A stretch of 50,897 nt of DNA from a virus (taxonomy: Duplodnaviria > Caudoviricetes). The notes beneath the pieces were generated by a model. That model did not search any database and had not been told where the DNA came from. It saw only the letters and a program-made list of their open reading frames with translations. Location of the stretch: the IMG/VR virus record IMGVR_UViG_3300027811_000006, positions 1-50,897 of that record; one strand, given 5' to 3'. Position 1 is the first letter of the stretch. The number at the start of each line of letters is the position of its first letter. Shown in pieces: positions 45,376 to 50,897 of this stretch. The translations under genes were made by a program, and so were the position numbers.

Positions 45376-47861
45376 ACTCCTAAAGTTCCAGTAATGATAG
45401 CAGTTGCAGAAATTATTCCTTGACTTGATCTTTGAACAGTTATATCATATTGATAAAAACTACTATAAGATCCACGAATTGCTTTAAGAACAAAACGAAG
45501 TTTAGAATTCAAAGGATCTAACGGTCCAAGGCTACAATCAGATCTTTCATTCACCTCACTATAATCATAAGTAGTTCCTGTTAGTCCTGATTCTGTTCTA
45601 ACAAGATTATTGTCTTCATCATAGATGTATAAAGTATAAGTCGTTCCTGTTTCTGGTCCATAATTATTCGTATTATCATAACGAACAATAGTAGAAAGTT
45701 GAATAGCATTAGTCCTATCTCTATGCTTCCAAGATAAACTTGGTTGACCTGCAAAATGAGTTGGAAAGAACTTACTATCTATCTGCAATCTTGCAGGACA
45801 GTATGGTCTAATCATTCTACTGTTAAAAGCAGAAGCTTCTATGTAAGCAGCATCATCTAGAACTCCATTCCCAGTTCGCGTTAGAAACTTGACTCTTGGG
45901 GTATCACCTAAAGTATATTCTCGATCAATGAAATTAAGACTAGATCCTATGAACCATACACGAGATCCTGCAATATGAGATGCAGGAAGGGAGTCTAAAA
46001 TACCACGACCAATACTTATTTGATTTGTACCAATCCCTTCAATGACAATAAGTTCATCATCTATCAGAGCATAGTCGCCTACATTTACAGATTCTAAATC
46101 GGATACGTTTCTTATGTCTATATTATTTACTTGTATTCCACCCTGTGAAAGTGCATTCAATAAAGTTGCAGAAGGAACGAAGACTCCTAATCCTTCATCA
46201 ACATATCCACTTCCAGTATAGTCTTCTACTAGAATTTCACATCCTAAACAATCTGATGAAGGAGCAACGGCATTCGCTATTAAAAATGCAGCATCATTAT
46301 CTAAACTTTCAATTAAAGAACTTCCACCTGCTTGACTATTAAGAATAAAATAGGGAGATTCAATCAATTTCTTATAAGTAGGATCTACGGGATTATTGAT
46401 TGGACTCGTCCAAAGAGTCGCAGGTGGAGTGTCATAAACATTATAGGCAAGCCCAAAGACATCTTCAATTACATCCATTGTAATATAGTCGTCTTCAGAA
46501 TTGCCATAATCTATTGCGACTACTCTTACAATAACTTCTGTCAGTCCTAACTTAGTCCACGATATTTTGAAAACACTATATGGTTCTATGTGAGCCATTG
46601 TCTTCAAACACTTTAATTTCATAACTGCTAACATAGATGTTGCTTGTTTCAATTCTCTATTAGCGATTCGACCTGCAAGATTACCATCTACAATCATCTG
46701 ATAATCAAAAGTGGATTCTATTATACCGCCTCCTTGCTTTTTCATAATAGCAGGATCTTCAGCTTGAGCTGGTCTAGTTTCATCGTAATAAATTTCTGTC
46801 CAATTGACAGTTATTCTACTGGATATTTCTCCAAATCCTGGACGACTATATTCTTCAATATCTACTATATGAGAATCATTGAAAATTTCTAATGTTGCCG
46901 GAGTATAATTTTCTCTTGCTAATGTAATTTGAAATTCACCAGTAGATTGATTTTGAAATAATGCTCCATCTATGATATCTAATATCTTTTGAATAACATC
47001 TTCGCAAGGAGTAGATGCATCCCAATTGAAAGATATACCAAGACCTTCAATATAACAAATATCTGCACAAGATTGAAAATTTATGTTATCAATATCTAAT
47101 ATGTTATACCCCAGTCCAAATTCAACATCAGTTAAAATTTCTCTGATAACGTGAATGGCATTCAAAGAATCATTACCGATATTAGCTTTAGCAATATACC
47201 ATTGAACTTCACCACTCACTAATCTATTTACTCGTTTCCAAAGAAAACTCCAAGGTTTAATATATCCACTGGTTCCAACATAAACTTTTCGTAAAACTAT
47301 TCCGGTTTGTCCACGAAATGCAGGAACATTAGTACCGAGCTTAGATACAAGATAAGAATTTTGACCTTGAGTAACGTCTCCATATTCAAAATCAACAATC
47401 CCAGAAATTCCCCCTTCTTTCTCATTTCCTCCAAATATATCAGATGCTTCTATTGTTGCAGATGTCAATCCATCTACTGCTTCTGATTCATTATTATTGA
47501 GAGTGGGCCATACAGGTTTCTCTCCAACGATAATTTGCTTGATACCATCTACTCGAGAATATCCAAGAATAAAGTGTATCCCAAGATAATACAAATATCC
47601 CACAGTGATATGTTTATGACTAAATAGACCTGTTTTTACTCTTTGTCTTAATGCAACTATTCCCAAATCCCCCCACCAAACTACATTCGGTCCACCATAT
47701 CTTCTCTTTCCAAAGATAACAGTTAATGGACGTCCTTCTTCAGCAGTTGGAATTTCAAAATCATCTTCACCCAATGGTTTCTTCTTAGGAAATTTCATCT
47801 TCGGTTGAAGAAGTAAAGCAAGAGCAAACATTATAGCGACTTGAATAAGAAAATTCCACAT
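45372..47861 (-). CDS. tail tip / central host-specificity protein
   Basis: PTAEEGRPL.VIFG...GPNVVWWGD, GY.YYLG.H, PAFRG, N..H.IRE.LTD..FGLG, I.RG..DS.PA.H.AG. Confidence 0.85.
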   Translation of the reverse strand: MWNFLIQVAIMFALALLLQPKMKFPKKKPLGEDDFEIPTAEEGRPLTVIFGKRRYGGPNVVWWGDLGIVALRQRVKTGLFSHKHITVGYLYYLGIHFILGYSRVDGIKQIIVGEKPVWPTLNNNESEAVDGLTSATIEASDIFGGNEKEGGISGIVDFEYGDVTQGQNSYLVSKLGTNVPAFRGQTGIVLRKVYVGTSGYIKPWSFLWKRVNRLVSGEVQWYIAKANIGNDSLNAIHVIREILTDVEFGLGYNILDIDNINFQSCADICYIEGLGISFNWDASTPCEDVIQKILDIIDGALFQNQSTGEFQITLARENYTPATLEIFNDSHIVDIEEYSRPGFGEISSRITVNWTEIYYDETRPAQAEDPAIMKKQGGGIIESTFDYQMIVDGNLAGRIANRELKQATSMLAVMKLKCLKTMAHIEPYSVFKISWTKLGLTEVIVRVVAIDYGNSEDDYITMDVIEDVFGLAYNVYDTPPATLWTSPINNPVDPTYKKLIESPYFILNSQAGGSSLIESLDNDAAFLIANAVAPSSDCLGCEILVEDYTGSGYVDEGLGVFVPSATLLNALSQGGIQVNNIDIRNVSDLESVNVGDYALIDDELIVIEGIGTNQISIGRGILDSLPASHIAGSRVWFIGSSLNFIDREYTLGDTPRVKFLTRTGNGVLDDAAYIEASAFNSRMIRPYCPARLQIDSKFFPTHFAGQPSLSWKHRDRTNAIQLSTIVRYDNTNNYGPETGTTYTLYIYDEDNNLVRTESGLTGTTYDYSEVNERSDCSLGPLDPLNSKLRFVLKAIRGSYSSFYQYDITVQRSSQGIISATAIITGTLGV

Positions 47862-48649
47862 TATACGATAGAATCTCCAATAAAAGGATTTTTATGGGGA
47901 AGCCAAGGATGACCACCAAAATTCAAATTATTAGATAAAGCAATACAAGTGTCTAAAGTATGATCACAGCCTCTGTAAGCAGTAAAAGCAGTTCCAATAA
48001 TTAAAGAAGGAATAGGGGAGTTCAAGATAATGTTATTCCCAGAATGAGATACAATTACTCTTGAATAATCGGCAGTTTCAATATATCCCCCTGTAAAATA
48101 CCCATTTGCTTTCGTACCGAATGTCGTACTTGTTATTATTAATCCACTAATAGAATCAATTGTTCCAACTACTAAATATGTTCCTTCACTTAATCCACAT
48201 CGAGTACTATAAACAGTGACTGCACACATCCTTGAAAATATTCTTTGCAATCCTGTTCTTTTTAGATAACTGGTCATAGGAGAACAAATAATTTCAACAG
48301 TAGAAGATTTGAAAGTAACAGTTTCTACGAATCCTTTCCAATAAGGAATATAATCTCCATACTGACCTCTGTATAAAGTGAAGTTGACGATACCATCCGG
48401 AGCTGCGAAAATAAATTGCTGTACAAATTCATTAGATAAAGAAGTCTCTAAAGTCAATTTACTTTTGAGAGAATTAGTTGTAAGATTTTTAGTAGATCGT
48501 GTAATCAATTTGGGGAACCAAATTTTTCCATTCCAAGATATATCTTCTGTTCCTGAATTTTGAGCCCAGAAAATACTCTTCAGAGTGAAGAGATATAACT
48601 CTACTGGTCTACTTTCTATTAGACTTTTTTCTTTACTTAAGAAGCTCAC
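47861..48649 (-). CDS. tail protein, BR0599/DUF2163 family
   Basis: PVELY.F, C...VY...CG, GYF.GG and YRGCDHT...C...N.LNFGG.P.LP.KNPF. Confidence 0.88.
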   Translation of the reverse strand: MSFLSKEKSLIESRPVELYLFTLKSIFWAQNSGTEDISWNGKIWFPKLITRSTKNLTTNSLKSKLTLETSLSNEFVQQFIFAAPDGIVNFTLYRGQYGDYIPYWKGFVETVTFKSSTVEIICSPMTSYLKRTGLQRIFSRMCAVTVYSTRCGLSEGTYLVVGTIDSISGLIITSTTFGTKANGYFTGGYIETADYSRVIVSHSGNNIILNSPIPSLIIGTAFTAYRGCDHTLDTCIALSNNLNFGGHPWLPHKNPFIGDSIV

Positions 48650-50897
48650 TTAATCCTCAACAAACTTGTTCGACATTCGTTTTTATTTGTTCTAATCCAA
48701 TCTATGCTAATATCGTCAGAAAAGAAACGAACTTTATCTACAAAACATATCTTATCTTCACCAACATCAATACTGAATCCCAAAACTGCATCAATATTTA
48801 TTTGCTCTTTTGTAGAATTTATCCGTATGATATTTGTGATTTTTCGAATATAAAGTGAATCCCCCACGATAAAGCCAATATAAGTTCGAAGACTATTCAA
48901 TCCCATATTTATAGCCAATCCTACATTTTCTACATAGATCATATTATCTGAAGGATTGACATTATCGGTAAGTTTCAAATCTCTACGGAATGTAGGAACG
49001 AGGAAAGGAACTTGACATCCGTGCTTGCTATGAAGAAACTTTCTGAATTTCCAACAATCCGCTCTATTATCGTTATACCAAATATGAGACTGATTCAATT
49101 GATTGAATTCACTATAGTTTAATACCTCCACAAGTCCGGTATCAAAATCAGAAACAAGAATATCTGCTTCTGAACTTTCTAAAATAGTGGGATCAATAAA
49201 AGACGGAGTTGTAATAACTTCAAATCCATCGTAGGTAGTACCTGCAATATAACCTTCGATATTGATATTATCTACCACTAAGAAATTTGCGGTGATTTCA
49301 GAAACTCCGGTATTATGAAGTTTCTTTTGTGATCTAGAAATCATATTCGCTATTCGTAATGGCATTATGAGTTTATCACCTACGATAGTTGCTCCAACTT
49401 TCGTTTTAAGATTCAATTGAGAATCTGTTTTAGTCTCTATCTCTACTATTATATATTCAGTATTTGATTTCCAAATTAGAGCGAAACTATCGTCTCTAAA
49501 ATCTGCATTCGTAGTATTTACATATACCACCAGATCTGCAGAATTTATTGTAGAGGAGTGATTTACGTATTCTTGCCAAATAGGAATAGCCCAAGCTCTT
49601 TTCTGCCACTTATGTAGAAGAGCATCATATATGGTCGCATTCTTATAATCTTCTAATATCAATTTTAATTGAAACATCTGTCTTGGAATAAGCCGAATTT
49701 TGATACGCTGCTCAGTGCCATCACTTGCTTGTAGAATATTAGTCTTTGAAGATAATGTTTCTTTGATATTAGTTTGAAGTCTCCAATATAAAAGAGCGAC
49801 TCTATTTCCTGAAATTTCTACAGGAAGAGCATCAATGATTCCAAAATCAAAATCTACTTCAGCAGAAAAAGAGGGGGGACCATCGCCTGGAATTTGAAAT
49901 TCTATTTCTTCCCACCAAAGAGGTAGAAAAGTAAATGGAAGAACTGGATCGACGACAATCATTGTGTCTCCAGTTTTAATTATATCTTCAAGTATCTCAT
50001 CTACAAAATAGGAATTCCATACAGTAACATAGATACTCATATCTCCCATTATTGCTCCTAAATTAATCGGGTTAGGAGTAATGTGAATTCTGTAATAGAA
50101 GTCATTTCTAAAACAAATTGGCATCATACTATCTACGTCTGTTTCAAATAGACTAAAGCCAGGAGTTGTGCTTATCATAAAAGGAATTGGAGCAAGATAT
50201 TCAGAAGGTTCTGGATAAGGCCAAACCCAATCTAATATATTTGAAGTTCCTTCTTCAGCAGTTGGAATCCATAAAAGAATCAATAATCCTTTTAACGCTC
50301 CAAGCATTCCCTGAGTATAAACAAGTCCGGTAGAAATACCTCTTAAAGAAACAGTGGCTCCTGCAATTTCTCCGTAAATAGAAGCGGATACAGATATCTC
50401 TCCATACAAACTCAGAATACGTGAGATGTCTCCTTCAATTGTTGTGTTGATTTGAATACTGCCAAATAAATTGCTAATCAAACCTTCTGAGATTGTCAAA
50501 TTCCCAGATATCGTTGTTGTTGCTGCGATATTACCGGCTAAGGGAATCTTTACGGAGAGACTTCCTACGGGAGTAGCTACTGCCTGAGCAATTCCAGCGA
50601 GAGTAGTCTCACCAGAAATAGTTATCATTCCTGCGGGAGTAGCTACTGCTTGAGCAGTTCCAGCCAAGGGAATCTTTACGGAGAGACTTCCTGCGGGAGT
50701 AGCTACTGCCTGAGCAGTTCCAGCCAAGGGAATCTTTACGGAGAGACTTCCTGCGGGAGTAGCTACTGCTTGAGCAGTTCCAGCCAAGGGAATCTTTACG
50801 GAGAGACTTCCTGCGGGAGTAGCTACTGCTTGAGCAGTTCCAGCCAAGGGAATCTTTACGGAGAGACTTCCTGCGGGAGTAGCTACTGCTTGAGCAG
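48646..50897 (-). CDS. distal tail / virion structural protein with N-terminal 20-aa repeats (5' end beyond the right edge)
   Basis: Frame is open to the window edge; DFYYRIHITP..I.LG, VWNSYF and ETL...T.IL...DG.EQR...R..PRQ motifs. Confidence 0.8.
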   Translation of the reverse strand, partial: AQAVATPAGSLSVKIPLAGTAQAVATPAGSLSVKIPLAGTAQAVATPAGSLSVKIPLAGTAQAVATPAGSLSVKIPLAGTAQAVATPAGMITISGETTLAGIAQAVATPVGSLSVKIPLAGNIAATTTISGNLTISEGLISNLFGSIQINTTIEGDISRILSLYGEISVSASIYGEIAGATVSLRGISTGLVYTQGMLGALKGLLILLWIPTAEEGTSNILDWVWPYPEPSEYLAPIPFMISTTPGFSLFETDVDSMMPICFRNDFYYRIHITPNPINLGAIMGDMSIYVTVWNSYFVDEILEDIIKTGDTMIVVDPVLPFTFLPLWWEEIEFQIPGDGPPSFSAEVDFDFGIIDALPVEISGNRVALLYWRLQTNIKETLSSKTNILQASDGTEQRIKIRLIPRQMFQLKLILEDYKNATIYDALLHKWQKRAWAIPIWQEYVNHSSTINSADLVVYVNTTNADFRDDSFALIWKSNTEYIIVEIETKTDSQLNLKTKVGATIVGDKLIMPLRIANMISRSQKKLHNTGVSEITANFLVVDNINIEGYIAGTTYDGFEVITTPSFIDPTILESSEADILVSDFDTGLVEVLNYSEFNQLNQSHIWYNDNRADCWKFRKFLHSKHGCQVPFLVPTFRRDLKLTDNVNPSDNMIYVENVGLAINMGLNSLRTYIGFIVGDSLYIRKITNIIRINSTKEQINIDAVLGFSIDVGEDKICFVDKVRFFSDDISIDWIRTNKNECRTSLLRIK
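50535..50897. repeat. 60-bp coding tandem repeat (AGTAQAVATPAGSLSVKIPL), more than 4 near-identical copies plus diverged copies
   Basis: Lines 50641-50897 repeat with a 60-nt period and differ at one synonymous site; truncated by the window edge. Confidence 0.95.

Noticed and set aside
1546-48563. Plus-strand ORFs and nested minus-strand ORFs in the track (for example 31726-32226, 32169-32561, 22074-22340, 17337-17519)
   Set aside because: They are shadows of well-supported minus-strand genes or RNA elements and have no recognisable motifs
1-50897. Diversity-generating retroelement, integrase/lysogeny module, introns or inteins
   Set aside because: No reverse transcriptase, recombinase or TR/VR pair was seen; polymerase, RNR, terminase and helicases are uninterrupted and of normal length

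Overview
The window is a near-complete (~51 kb) AT-rich tailed dsDNA phage genome with a siphovirus-type gene set. Essentially all credible genes are on the minus strand, and both window edges cut through tail-module genes. In transcription order (right to left) it carries tail-tip genes, an SNF2 helicase and small early genes, and a replication module (SSB, primase-MCM fusion, MazG-like NTPase, dNMP kinase, dCMP deaminase, family A polymerase). Next is a separately promoted cassette with a tRNA-like mini-element and three related small basic ORFs, each followed by a type II hammerhead ribozyme. Then come a ligase and a DNA base-hypermodification cluster: an Asp-type (dCMP-specific) thymidylate synthase homolog, a 5hmdU-DNA-kinase-family protein, a TAGT-like GT-A glycosyltransferase and a T4 beta-glucosyltransferase-like enzyme. 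These are followed by class II RNR, a symmetric non-coding inverted-repeat locus, terminase, portal, P22-type capsid, neck, tail tube, frameshifted tail chaperones, tape measure, and two more glycosyltransferases inside the tail module. CATG and GCGC appear almost absent from the genome. No integrase, endolysin, CRISPR array or standard tRNA was recognised. All calls come from manual motif recognition; no database searches were run.
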